Part shown: positions 9,088 through 17,969 of the stretch, piece after piece
Layout: every line of letters begins with the position of its first letter
How positions within the stretch are numbered: the first letter of the stretch is position 1
Assembly (NCBI GenBank): GCA_017962275.1
Contig: JAGCVQ010000089.1
Location: 62-64,061 of the forward strand
Reading direction: 5' to 3'
Origin: Bacteroidales bacterium
GTDB taxonomy: Bacteria > Bacteroidota > Bacteroidia > Bacteroidales > WCHB1-69
Length of the DNA stretch: 64,000 nucleotides
Notes under the pieces: model-generated
The model's input: the letters and a program-made list of their open reading frames with translations, nothing else
Databases searched by the model: none
Told to the model about the DNA's origin: nothing
Made by a program: the position numbers and the translations under genes

Positions 9088-9118
9088 TGTAGAGACGCAA
9101 AATGTTGTGTCTTTACCA
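9088..9118. repeat. Degenerate REP type A overlapping the helicase 3' end
   Basis: The sequence is TGTAGAGACGCAAAATGTTGTGTCTTTACCA. On the minus strand the far arm reads TGG TAA, which supplies the last Trp codon and the stop of the helicase. Confidence 0.65.
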
Positions 9119-10945
9119 ATCTTCATCCTCGGTAATCATCTCCAATTTCGTGGCAATTTGGAAATATTGACGGAAAATTTCCGCGCCGTCACGCAATTGG
9201 TCCGACGTGCTGGATTGCCGGCACAATTCGTCGCAGAAGGTGAATATCTTCTCGTTGGCGATGACGATGCACTTCACGCGGGCGCGGGTGAGAGCCACGT
9301 TCAGCCGGTTCGGACTGTAGAAGAACTCCAGACGGTCCTCCACCTCCGCCGGGTTGGAATTGGACATGCTGTAGAGAATGTAGTCCTTCTCCTGTCCTTG
9401 CATCCGCTCTACGGTGTCGATAAAGAGCTGGTTGACAGTCTCTTCTGAAATGTCTGGACGCTCCGAAAGGGCCCGTTTGATTTCGCGGATCTGCGCCCGG
9501 TACGGACTCATAATCCCGATTTCACTGACCGGCACGCCATTGTGCAGCAGGTCCGAAACGATATCGGCGGTGAGGTTGGCCTCGTAAGGCGACCTTCCGA
9601 GCGAGTCGAACTCGTGATGCACCACCAACAGCTCGTTGGAGGGGTGGTTGACGATTTGCGGCGCGGCGGGACAGACAAAGCCGGTGTAGGGCCGTTCCAA
9701 TGTGTGCGCGGCGGAAATCCGGTCGCCGTAAAACAGCCGGTTGGGGATGTGTATCAGGTTGTCGTTCAGGCGGTAAGATTGGTCCAACAGGGTGATGTCC
9801 TGCGGGTAGAGGTCGACGAGCCGTTTGAAGATGCTGCAGTCGAAAAACTTGTTGCCGGTGTCCTGCGGCACGATGGGGTCGAGCTGCTGGTGGTCGCCCA
9901 CGAAAATGAGCCGACGTCCGCGCATGATGGTCGGCAATGCCAACGGGATGCTCATCTGCGCGGCCTCGTCCATGATCACGTAGTCGAATTGCCAGCCCTC
10001 TAACTTTTTGGAAGCAGGAGAACAAAGCGCGAACGGAGTTCCGCCGATGACAAACCCCGCTTTCGAATACTCGTCACTGTGTTGATAATCATACAGTTTC
10101 AACGATTTCTTGCGCGTGATGTACGGATTGTGCACGATTTCGTCCGCTTGGTATCGCTCCCCGACCTTCACCACCATGGAGGCATCCTGCAACTCATTCG
10201 CGATGGCGTTGAGACAGTTGTTGATGGCGGTGTGTGTGGGCGCGGTCACAAAAACCTTCTTGCCCATTTTCATCAGATAATAGACGATTTTCGCGATGGT
10301 GAAGGTCTTGCCCGTGCCAGGAGGCCCTTGAATCAGGTGGAAGTAATTGCAGGTGAAGGCTTTGCGTATGGCCTCGTTTTGCGATGGGTTGCCGCAGCAA
10401 GGCGACGGCGATTCGCGGTACTGGTTGCGGAACTGTCCCGTGAGGAAACGTTCGAGATGGTCGCAGAAGTCGGGATTGCCGTAGAGATTCTCCCACGTGG
10501 AGCGCAGCAAACGTTGGGTGATGTCGGTGTTTACGGCGTTGATTTCCCAGCCATCGAGGGGAAAGCAGCTGGTGTCCAATACGTTGCGTTGATACTCGTA
10601 GCTGCTGGTTTGCAGCACGAAGTCGTTCACCCCGTCCTGCTCGATTTCCATGAGGAAGCTGAGCGGCCCGTGGCTGAGTCGCACCTGCGTGCCCTCGCGG
10701 AATTTGGAGATGTTGTATTCGCAGTGGATGCGCACTCGGTTGATGTAGCGTTTTGGCAGCACCGGCGCGGGAAGCCAGCGGGTGGGAGCCCCGTCGAAGA
10801 ACTCGAACTCCGCGTGCAGGTTGGTCATGGTGTAACCCCGGTTCACCCGTTCCTGCAACGGCCTGCTCATAAGATCGTTGTACTCTTCGTCCTGTCGTTG
10901 CTGCTGGATTTCGATGGCGGAGGATAGTTGGGTTAGGAAGGACAT
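9113..10945 (-). CDS. Superfamily-1B (Upf1/Dna2-like, AAA_11/AAA_12-type) DNA helicase
   Basis: Motif I is IQGPPGTGKT and motif II is IMDEAAQ. Other helicase motifs are FVGDHQQLDPIV, SYRLN, TVERMQGQEKD and LNVALTRAR. The last two codons and the stop overlap a degenerate REP. Confidence 0.85.
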   Translation of the reverse strand: MSFLTQLSSAIEIQQQRQDEEYNDLMSRPLQERVNRGYTMTNLHAEFEFFDGAPTRWLPAPVLPKRYINRVRIHCEYNISKFREGTQVRLSHGPLSFLMEIEQDGVNDFVLQTSSYEYQRNVLDTSCFPLDGWEINAVNTDITQRLLRSTWENLYGNPDFCDHLERFLTGQFRNQYRESPSPCCGNPSQNEAIRKAFTCNYFHLIQGPPGTGKTFTIAKIVYYLMKMGKKVFVTAPTHTAINNCLNAIANELQDASMVVKVGERYQADEIVHNPYITRKKSLKLYDYQHSDEYSKAGFVIGGTPFALCSPASKKLEGWQFDYVIMDEAAQMSIPLALPTIMRGRRLIFVGDHQQLDPIVPQDTGNKFFDCSIFKRLVDLYPQDITLLDQSYRLNDNLIHIPNRLFYGDRISAAHTLERPYTGFVCPAAPQIVNHPSNELLVVHHEFDSLGRSPYEANLTADIVSDLLHNGVPVSEIGIMSPYRAQIREIKRALSERPDISEETVNQLFIDTVERMQGQEKDYILYSMSNSNPAEVEDRLEFFYSPNRLNVALTRARVKCIVIANEKIFTFCDELCRQSSTSDQLRDGAEIFRQYFQIATKLEMITEDEDW

Positions 10946-10988
10946 TTTGGTAATGGTTGTTAGTGTTTGAAGGTTGTCGTATTAAATG

Positions 10989-11016
10989 TACATTGTACAT
11001 TGCTAATTGTACATTG
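10989..11016. repeat. Heptamer array, 4 units (TACATTG)
   Basis: The units are TACATTG TACATTG CTAATTG TACATTG. The nuclease stop (11003-11005) lies in unit 3. The array fills much of the nuclease-helicase spacer. Confidence 0.8.
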
Positions 11017-12355
11017 AAACATGCGCCGCAATCATCTCCTGCACTTCCGGCAATCGGTACTCGCCGAGCTTGATGGGGTAGTATCGGTCGTAATCGGGGT
11101 GGAGGACGCAAAGAATCATGGACGAGATCTTCATGCCGTATTCGGTTTCGAGGATGTATTTGTAGAAGCTTTGCTGGAGTTCGTAGTGGTAATAGCTGGA
11201 ATTGTCGAGGTGGGAGAGGATGGAGATGCCGCGGCCGGTGCCGTATTTCTTTGGGTAGCCGTCGATGATGAGGTTTTTGCTGCGCTTCCAATCGACCATC
11301 ACGAAGGTGCCGTCGGGCTTGCGGAAAAGCGCGTCCACGGTGCCGGCGATGCTGTATTGCGGAAGCGTGACAATCATCTCCGCGTCGTGAAATTCGAGAC
11401 CGCGGCGCAGGATCTGCTCCTCGTGGAACTTCTGGAAGAGCTGGAACTCCTTGAAGTCTTCCTCGTGCGGTTTCCCTTTGAGGAAGTATTCGATCTGCTG
11501 GTGCATGAAGGTGCCGCGCTCGGAAGGCTCCAACATTTTGCGCACCACCTCCTCGCGTGTCTTTCCGGATTCCTTCATGAACTTCTCAATATAGGCCTCT
11601 TCGTCGAAATAGGGGAAGAACTTCTCGATGAGCGTGGTTACGGATGTGTAATCGGCAGTGCCGGTGGTGTTCCGCTTGTCGGCGTAGGTGTGTGTCGCCT
11701 CGTCGAAGATGATTTCGGGTCGTTGCGGGACGGCAACACGCTGCTCGCAGATCTTCTCCCGCAGTTCCTGCAAACACTCCGGCTGTCCGAATGTTTGGAT
11801 GCCCAAGTACTTCTCCCTGAAGAGGTTGCGCTCCATCTCTACCGCCTCTTTGAACGTCCACCGCTTTTCGGGGGTCACGTTCGAGGTGATATCCGAAATG
11901 TCGCCTTGCAATTTCCTGACCGCCATGCGGATAAGCTCCAAACAGGCTCCGGGTTCTTTCCGCACTTGCTGTTCTGAAAACCGTACCACCGTCCATCCGC
12001 ATTCGTTGAAATAGCCATCGCGAACCGCATCCTTGCTGTCGATATGATGCAGCGGCACGCGGTACCATCCGTGGTAGGGCACGTCGATTTCAACATCCAC
12101 GAACCACCGGCCTGTTTTGTCTGCCAACACAAAAGCAGGTTCGTAAGGAATCGCACGACACGGCACATCCAAGTGAACGTCACGATGCAATAGGTCGCGC
12201 AAATCACTTTCATTCAATACTTTCCAAAAGAAATTATCCGAATACCCGTGGAATTCCGAACGACCGGGCTGCGGGAACATGATATCTGCTCCCTCCGCCG
12301 GCCATGAAATGCTCGGGTAATAATTGTCGTGATCGCCCATGTTTGTTTTCATCAT
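11003..12355 (-). CDS. Dual-nuclease protein with an N-terminal Vsr/DUF559-like endonuclease fold and a C-terminal RecB/Cas4-like PD-(D/E)xK nuclease
   Basis: The N-terminal part reads WFVDVEIDVPYHG...DAVRDGYFNECGWTVVRFSEQQV. The C-terminal part reads GTFMHQQIE...GTVDALF...VMVDWKRSK...ELQQSFYKY, giving D, DxK and QxxxY motifs. I place the start at ATG 12355; the track start at 12367 is a TTG. Confidence 0.7.
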   Translation of the reverse strand: MMKTNMGDHDNYYPSISWPAEGADIMFPQPGRSEFHGYSDNFFWKVLNESDLRDLLHRDVHLDVPCRAIPYEPAFVLADKTGRWFVDVEIDVPYHGWYRVPLHHIDSKDAVRDGYFNECGWTVVRFSEQQVRKEPGACLELIRMAVRKLQGDISDITSNVTPEKRWTFKEAVEMERNLFREKYLGIQTFGQPECLQELREKICEQRVAVPQRPEIIFDEATHTYADKRNTTGTADYTSVTTLIEKFFPYFDEEAYIEKFMKESGKTREEVVRKMLEPSERGTFMHQQIEYFLKGKPHEEDFKEFQLFQKFHEEQILRRGLEFHDAEMIVTLPQYSIAGTVDALFRKPDGTFVMVDWKRSKNLIIDGYPKKYGTGRGISILSHLDNSSYYHYELQQSFYKYILETEYGMKISSMILCVLHPDYDRYYPIKLGEYRLPEVQEMIAAHVSMYN

Positions 12356-12383
12356 TGTTCTATACAAGTTTCAGGTTTCAAAT

Positions 12384-12411
12384 CACACGTCACACGTCTT
12401 ACGTCTCACTC
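12384..12411. repeat. Heptamer array, 4 units (CWCACGT-like)
   Basis: The units are CACACGT CACACGT CTTACGT CTCACTC. The gldH stop (12406-12408) lies in unit 4. Confidence 0.75.
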
Positions 12412-12876
12412 CTCCCATTTCTCCAAAATAATTCCGAAACTCTCGATTCCTTCCACCTCGTCCTCTCGCATGCCCTGCGTGACGGTGAAAATGTACTCGC
12501 CGTTGTAGGGGAATCGCACCTTCGGTTGGAACAGGAACTTGTTGTCTTTCAGGCGTCCCTGCCCGCGTCCGGTCCAATTGCCGAACTTGTCGCAGAGAAT
12601 AAACCCGAGGGTGTCCTGCTCGGTGTGGCCGTCGGGGTATTTCGTTTTCATGAAGACGTAAAAGTTCTGCGTTTCGAAGTCGGTGGTGTTGCGCAGCTGT
12701 ATGTACATGTTGTAGTACTGCATCGAGTCCTCGATGTTCAACTTGAAGTAGAGCGGCCTATCGACCGCCCATTTCTCGTGCGGGAGCGTCTGGATGTGGC
12801 CGTAGTAGGTTTTATGATTGCAGCCGGCCAAGAGCAACATCGCAAACAAACTGATTATCAAGTAAATTCTTTTCAT
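12406..12876 (-). CDS. gldH: Gliding-motility/T9SS-associated lipoprotein GldH-like
   Basis: The lipobox is MKRIYLIISLFAMLLLAGC. At 156 aa it has the usual GldH size. It contains a GNWTGRGQG motif and sits directly downstream of a PSP1-domain gene, a neighbourhood I recall as typical for gldH. The family assignment is from memory. Confidence 0.6.
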   Translation of the reverse strand: MKRIYLIISLFAMLLLAGCNHKTYYGHIQTLPHEKWAVDRPLYFKLNIEDSMQYYNMYIQLRNTTDFETQNFYVFMKTKYPDGHTEQDTLGFILCDKFGNWTGRGQGRLKDNKFLFQPKVRFPYNGEYIFTVTQGMREDEVEGIESFGIILEKWEE

Positions 12877-12928
12877 TGTTATATGTCGTAAGGGTGATGA
12901 TACCCCTCCTTTTAGGGGGGCAGGAGGG

Positions 12929-14512
12929 TTATGAGTCTGCGATGTTTTTGAGTTCTTCGGCGCTCACATTGCCGCCCTCTTCCATCTTCTTCTGGTTGAC
13001 GACGGCGAAGCTTTCGAGGTTTTCGGGCATCTTGCCCTGCTCGTTCATCTTGATGATCTGCTTCACGCGGTCGAGGGGGATGGAGAAGAGGTTGTTGGGG
13101 TCGTCCTGGTAGGAGTACCACACCAGTTTCTTGAAGATGTCGATTTTGTTGTAGATGCCCTTGCCTTTTTGGGTTTTAAGGACCGTGTGCGAGGATGGGA
13201 ACTCCTTGAGCTCACGCTGGTAGGTCTCCTGCTCAAAGTTGAGGCAGCATTTGAGTTTGCCGCACATGCCGGCAAGCTTTTGCGGATTGAGGGAGAGCTG
13301 CTGGGTGCGGGCGGTGCTGGTGGAGACGGACTGGAAATTGGTGAGCCACTGCGAACAGCAAAGTTCGCGGCCGCAGGAACCGATGCCGCCTAACCGAGCC
13401 GCCTCTTGGCGCACGCCGATCTGGCGCATCTCGATACGGATATGGAACTGTTCGGCCAGAATCTTGATGAGCTCGCGGAAATCCACGCGCTCTTCGGCGG
13501 AATAGTAGAAGATGGCCTTTGTGCCGTCGCCCTGGTACTCCACGTCGTTGACCTTCATCTTCAGGTCGAGATCCCATGCCGTGTAGCGCGAGGAGAGCAT
13601 CGTGGTGTACTCCTTGTCCACGGTGGCGATCCATTCCTCAATGTCGGCGTAGCGGGCGTGGCGGTAGAGCTTCTTGGTGACGTTTTCGATTTTTACGCGC
13701 TTGGTCTGCATCTGCCGCTGCACCTGCAGACCGAGCATGGAGACGATGCCGATGTCGTGGCCCGGACTCGATTCCACGGCCACGATGTCGCCCACCTTGA
13801 ACGCGATGTTCGGGGGCAGCAGGTAGAAGTCCTTGTGGCTGTTTTTGAAGCGTACCTCCGCGATGGGGAACTCCAAGTAGTCGAGGCCGATTTCGAGGTT
13901 GTCCATCCAGTTGTAGGAGGGCAGCTTGCAGGAACTGTACTGATACTGGGCGCAGTGGGCGCTTTCGGGATTGGGGGTGTCCTTCAGACCGCGGGTGTGG
14001 AAGATGTTGCCGGCAATCTTGTCGGCCTCGTAGGAGACACCTGTGCGGATATCCATGTCGAGGTAGGGCTCCCAGTCCTCGCCGGCGGGCACGTTGCTTT
14101 CGAGGTCCTGCTTGTCGATGGGCGCGGTTTTCTTGCGCATCATCTTGGTGATCTCCTCCAGTTCCTCGGGGGTCATCGTGTCGAAATACTCGCGATCCTC
14201 TTCCGACTCGTCCTCGCTGTGCTCTAAAGACGGGTCTTTAAGCAATCGCTCGCCCTTGGCTTTGTTTCTCTCGCGGCGGCGGTTGTTGTCCTTCCGGTTG
14301 CCGTTACCATTGCCGTTCTGGGGCTTGTTGCCGCCTTCTCCTTTCGTCTTCGCGGGTTGTCCCTGCGGCTTGTCCGATTGAGGTTCCTTGTTCTCTGCGG
14401 TGGCTTCAACTTTCTTGTTGTCAGCTATATTTGCATTCTCGTTGTTCTCTTTCTGAGGACCCGCTCCGTCGTTTCTGCGGTGGTTTCTTCGTCTGTCGTT
14501 GTCGTTTCTCAT
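12929..14512 (-). CDS. PSP1 C-terminal domain protein (RicT/YaaT-like) with a long disordered N-terminal extension
   Basis: The PSP1 core reads FYYSAEERVDFRELIKILAEQFHIRIEMRQIGVRQEAARLGGIGSCGRELCCSQWL...GKLKCCLNFE. I place the start at ATG 14512 (MRNDNDRRRN). The -7 box at 14531-14538 lies inside the longer track ORF. Confidence 0.85.
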   Translation of the reverse strand: MRNDNDRRRNHRRNDGAGPQKENNENANIADNKKVEATAENKEPQSDKPQGQPAKTKGEGGNKPQNGNGNGNRKDNNRRRERNKAKGERLLKDPSLEHSEDESEEDREYFDTMTPEELEEITKMMRKKTAPIDKQDLESNVPAGEDWEPYLDMDIRTGVSYEADKIAGNIFHTRGLKDTPNPESAHCAQYQYSSCKLPSYNWMDNLEIGLDYLEFPIAEVRFKNSHKDFYLLPPNIAFKVGDIVAVESSPGHDIGIVSMLGLQVQRQMQTKRVKIENVTKKLYRHARYADIEEWIATVDKEYTTMLSSRYTAWDLDLKMKVNDVEYQGDGTKAIFYYSAEERVDFRELIKILAEQFHIRIEMRQIGVRQEAARLGGIGSCGRELCCSQWLTNFQSVSTSTARTQQLSLNPQKLAGMCGKLKCCLNFEQETYQRELKEFPSSHTVLKTQKGKGIYNKIDIFKKLVWYSYQDDPNNLFSIPLDRVKQIIKMNEQGKMPENLESFAVVNQKKMEEGGNVSAEELKNIADS

Positions 14513-14530
14513 TCCAAAAAAATTAAGCGG

Positions 14531-14538
14531 CAAAGATA
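14531..14538 (-). promoter_or_regulatory. -7 box TATCTTTG, PSP1-gldH transcription unit
   Basis: The reverse complement reads AAAAAAATTGTATCTTTGCCGC. It lies 18 nt upstream of ATG 14512. Confidence 0.75.
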
Positions 14539-14548
14539 CAATTTTTTT

Positions 14549-14576
14549 GGCCAACAGCCAATGGCCAACGGCCAAA
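14549..14576. repeat. Heptamer array, 4 units (GGCCAAC)
   Basis: The units are GGCCAAC AGCCAAT GGCCAAC GGCCAAA. The array lies between the secDF stop and the PSP1-gene promoter. Confidence 0.75.
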
Positions 14577-14633
14577 GAAAAAAGTGCCACCGTATCACGA
14601 TGGCACTTCCTTAGTTATTGGGGTAAAACCGGA

Positions 14634-17600
14634 TTACTTTTTCAGTTCCTCTTTGTTGCCTTTCTTGTCCTTTTTCAGTCTCAGCAGGTCGTATGCCAAC
14701 GGGTTGGACACGAAGATGCCGGAGTAGGTACCGAAGGCGATACCGAGGAACATGGCGAACACGAAACCGCGGATGACCTCGCCGCCGAAGATGAAGATCA
14801 CCAACAGGGTGACCAAGGTGGTGGCGGCGGTGTTCACGTTACGACCCAACGTGCCGTTGATGGCGGCGTTGAAGTTGTCGTAGTTGCTGCGCTTCGGATA
14901 CAGGGCCAAGTTCTCACGCACACGGTCGAAGATGACCACCACGTTGTTGATGGAGTAACCGATCACCGTCAAGATAGCGGCGATGAAGTTCTGGTCGATC
15001 TCCATGGTGAACGGCAGCACCTTGTAGAACAAGGAGAACATACCGATGGTCAGGAAGGAGTCGTGGAACAAAGCGAAGACACCGGCCATACCGAACTGCC
15101 AGTTGCGGAAACGGATGGCGATGTAGATGAAGATGAGCACCAGGGAGGCCAAGACGGCCCAGATGGCGTTGCGCAACAGCTCGCGGGCGACGGTGGGCTG
15201 GATCTTCGAAGAAGACTGGATACCACGCTCGTCGTTGGTCAGGTGCGTGAAGTCGTATTCGCTCAGGTTCTGTTTTTCGTAGAAGCCCTTCAACGCGACG
15301 TAGAGTTTCTTCTCACACTCTTGGTCAACTTGCACGTCGTTGCTCTCAATCTTGTAGTTGGTCACGATACGGACTTGGTTGTTGCTACCGAAGGTCTTCA
15401 CCTCAGGAGAACCACCGAATTCCTTGATGATCGCCTCACGGACATCCTTCGTGACGACATCCTTGTCGAAACGCACCACATAGCTACGACCGCCGGTGAA
15501 GTCAACACCGCGTTGCAGACCGAGGGTGCAGAAGGAGATGATGGAGATGAGCATCAAGGCACCAGACACGATGTAGAACACCTTACGGGTGCTGAGGAAG
15601 TCGAAATGGGTGTTGGTGAAGGCGTTGATGGTGAGCGGGGTGCCGACGGAGAACTCTTTGCCTCTCTTCAAACGGGCCTCGATGATCACGCGGGAAACGA
15701 GGATGGCGGTGAAGAGGGAGGAGAGGATACCGATGATCAACGTGGTGGCGAAACCTTGGATGGGGCCGGAACCGAAGATGTACAGCACGATGGCCGTGAT
15801 CAAGGTGGTGACGTTACCGTCGATGATGGCGGAGTAGGAGTTCTTGAAGCCCTCGTCGATAGCCACGCGCATGCCCTTGCCGGCGCGAACCTCCTCGCGC
15901 ACGCGTTCATATATAATCACGTTCGCATCGACGGCCATACCCAAGGTCAGGACGATACCTGCGATACCGGGCAACGTCAGCACGGCGCCCATGGAGGCGA
16001 GCACGCCGATGATGAAGAAGACGTTCAACAACAGGGCGAGGTCAGCAACCAGACCGGCGCGGCTGTAGTAGAAGAACATGTAGATGACCACCAACAGGAA
16101 GGCGCCGAGGAAGGAGAGCAAACCGGAACGGATGGATTCCTTACCGAGGGTAGGTCCGACGATTTCGGATTGCACGATGTTGACGCCAGCCTCCAGGTTA
16201 CCGGAGTTCAGGACGGTGGCGAGGTCCTTGGCCTCTTCGATGGAGAAGTGACCGGAGATTTCAGAGTTGCCGTTCGGGATTTCGCCGCGCACGCTGGGGG
16301 CGGAATAGACGAACTGGTCAAGCACGATAGCGATACAGGTGGGATTGTCGGCGGTACCCTTGGCGGCAGCCTCGCGGGTGATCTTGCGCCACTCGTCGGC
16401 AGCCTGGTCTTCCATCGACATGGTCACGACCACGCGGTTGTTTTGGTCAACGTCCTGACGGGCGGTGCGCACCACGCGGTTGCCTCCGATGGTCTCAGAG
16501 CTCAACAGCGGTCCGATACGGTCGTTTTTCTTCTTCAACGGGTAGAGCGGGAAAGCGGTGACGCCGTTGTTCAATTTCTCGGGGGAGCCCCAGTAGAAGA
16601 CCACGTTGGGGTCGCCAAGGATGCGCTCCAGCTCGGGAAGCATCTGGTCGATCTTCGGCATGTCAGCTTCCTTGAAATAAGCGATGACATTGTAACCGCC
16701 GGTGACGGCGTGGCTGAGGATCGCGCCCTCGCCGATTTCAGTCTCGTCCTCGTCTTCCTCTTCGTCTTCTTCATCCGCGGGAGCGGCAGCATCGGCAGCG
16801 GCGAGGGTGGTGTCGGCATTCAGAGCGGCGTCGATGGCGGCGTCAGCTTCGTTTTCGGCGGGCTGGGCCTCTTTCTTGTTCTTCAGCTGTTCGGCCAGTT
16901 TGGCGTCGGCTTCCATGAAACGTTGTTGGATGGATTTGCCGCCCACGGCATCATGATAGACCTCCCAGAACTCCAGTTTTGCGGTGCTCTTCAACAGGTC
17001 GGTGACACGCTCGGGTTCCTTCACGCCAGGAAGCTCCACGAGGATACGGCCGCCTTGCAGCATCTGCAGGTTGGGCTGTGCCACACCGAAACGGTCGATA
17101 CGGGTGCGCAGGATCTTGAAGGTACGATCGACGATCTCGTTGCTCTCCTTGCGGATGAAGGTGATGATCTGGTCGTCGGTCGCGTTCTTCATGCCGGAAC
17201 GCTCGCCGAAGTAGGTGCGCAGGTTGGCGTTGTTAAGTCCCAGCGCTTTCTTCTCGGCGTTGAAGTTCTTCACGAAGATATCGATAAAGTCGCCGTTCAC
17301 CGTCTTGGCGTATTCCGCTTGGGCCTTCTCGAAGGCGTTCTTGAAGAGTTGGTCTTCGGTGTTGGTGGCCAAGCTCTTGACAGCGTCGGGCATGGAGATC
17401 TCGAGGGTCACGTTCATACCGCCCTTCAGGTCCAGACCCAGGTTCAACTCTTTGTACTTGCACTGTTTGTAGGTGTTTCCGAGATAGACAGTCGAATCGT
17501 TCATGCCGGTCAGATACTGACGGGTACGAGCGTCGATCACGGAGTCAACCAAGTGTTTTTCCAGCATAACGTCACCGTTTGCCAGCTTCTTCACCTCCTC

Positions 17601-17735
17601 GATGGCTGCGGGGTCGTTGGCGTATTTCGCCGCCTTGCTCTCCACCCGCCATGAGGCGAATGAGAACGACAGACAATAGACGCAGACCAATGCAATTAGA
17701 ATAGTGAAGAATAAAATCAGTCCTTTGTTTTTCAT
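14634..17735 (-). CDS. secDF: Fused protein-export membrane protein SecDF
   Basis: 1033 aa, with an N-terminal TM helix, a large periplasmic domain and two blocks of six TM segments (for example MAVDANVIIYERVREE). This is the fusion architecture typical of Bacteroidetes. Confidence 0.9.
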   Translation of the reverse strand: MKNKGLILFFTILIALVCVYCLSFSFASWRVESKAAKYANDPAAIEEVKKLANGDVMLEKHLVDSVIDARTRQYLTGMNDSTVYLGNTYKQCKYKELNLGLDLKGGMNVTLEISMPDAVKSLATNTEDQLFKNAFEKAQAEYAKTVNGDFIDIFVKNFNAEKKALGLNNANLRTYFGERSGMKNATDDQIITFIRKESNEIVDRTFKILRTRIDRFGVAQPNLQMLQGGRILVELPGVKEPERVTDLLKSTAKLEFWEVYHDAVGGKSIQQRFMEADAKLAEQLKNKKEAQPAENEADAAIDAALNADTTLAAADAAAPADEEDEEEDEDETEIGEGAILSHAVTGGYNVIAYFKEADMPKIDQMLPELERILGDPNVVFYWGSPEKLNNGVTAFPLYPLKKKNDRIGPLLSSETIGGNRVVRTARQDVDQNNRVVVTMSMEDQAADEWRKITREAAAKGTADNPTCIAIVLDQFVYSAPSVRGEIPNGNSEISGHFSIEEAKDLATVLNSGNLEAGVNIVQSEIVGPTLGKESIRSGLLSFLGAFLLVVIYMFFYYSRAGLVADLALLLNVFFIIGVLASMGAVLTLPGIAGIVLTLGMAVDANVIIYERVREEVRAGKGMRVAIDEGFKNSYSAIIDGNVTTLITAIVLYIFGSGPIQGFATTLIIGILSSLFTAILVSRVIIEARLKRGKEFSVGTPLTINAFTNTHFDFLSTRKVFYIVSGALMLISIISFCTLGLQRGVDFTGGRSYVVRFDKDVVTKDVREAIIKEFGGSPEVKTFGSNNQVRIVTNYKIESNDVQVDQECEKKLYVALKGFYEKQNLSEYDFTHLTNDERGIQSSSKIQPTVARELLRNAIWAVLASLVLIFIYIAIRFRNWQFGMAGVFALFHDSFLTIGMFSLFYKVLPFTMEIDQNFIAAILTVIGYSINNVVVIFDRVRENLALYPKRSNYDNFNAAINGTLGRNVNTAATTLVTLLVIFIFGGEVIRGFVFAMFLGIAFGTYSGIFVSNPLAYDLLRLKKDKKGNKEELKK

Positions 17736-17802
17736 CTTACTTTTATTAATTGTTTGATTTATAAATATTTATAACTATCTCAACCTAATATTTTTAAGGC
17801 CG

Positions 17803-17810
17803 CAAATATA
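17803..17810 (-). promoter_or_regulatory. -7 box TATATTTG, secDF
   Basis: The reverse complement reads AAAAATTGTATATTTGCGGCC. It lies 67 nt upstream of the ATG. Confidence 0.7.
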
Positions 17811-17940
17811 CAATTTTTGTGGTATGATTTTCAGCGGTTGAAAAATTGTTGAAAAGAAAGGTTGTAAGGGTGTGACACGCCAGGGAAAGCAGTTGAGAAA
17901 CAAATTTTTGCGTCTTCACGTGTTGTATATATAAAAAATG

Positions 17941-17948
17941 TATTTTTG
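17941..17948 (+). promoter_or_regulatory. -7 box TATTTTTG, mntA-hepT
   Basis: The context is AAAAAATGTATTTTTGCC. It lies 21 nt upstream of ATG 17970. Confidence 0.75.
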
Positions 17949-17969
17949 CCTTTGCAAAAGAAGACGATT

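Noticed and set aside
10194-11291. A 365-aa minus-strand ORF spanning the helicase/nuclease junction
   Set aside because: It is an alternative frame overlapping two well-supported genes. Its P/R/H-rich junk composition is not protein-like.
12903-12928. A hairpin CCCCTCC...GGAGGG between the PSP1 gene and gldH, considered as a terminator
   Set aside because: The stem is short and imperfect, with no T-run, and the genes look co-transcribed. The evidence is not strong enough to call.
14499-17654. A 1051-aa + strand ORF
   Set aside because: It is exactly antisense to secDF. The translation is low-complexity and rich in G/V/D/E/H with no motifs. This is a typical shadow ORF of a GC-rich gene.
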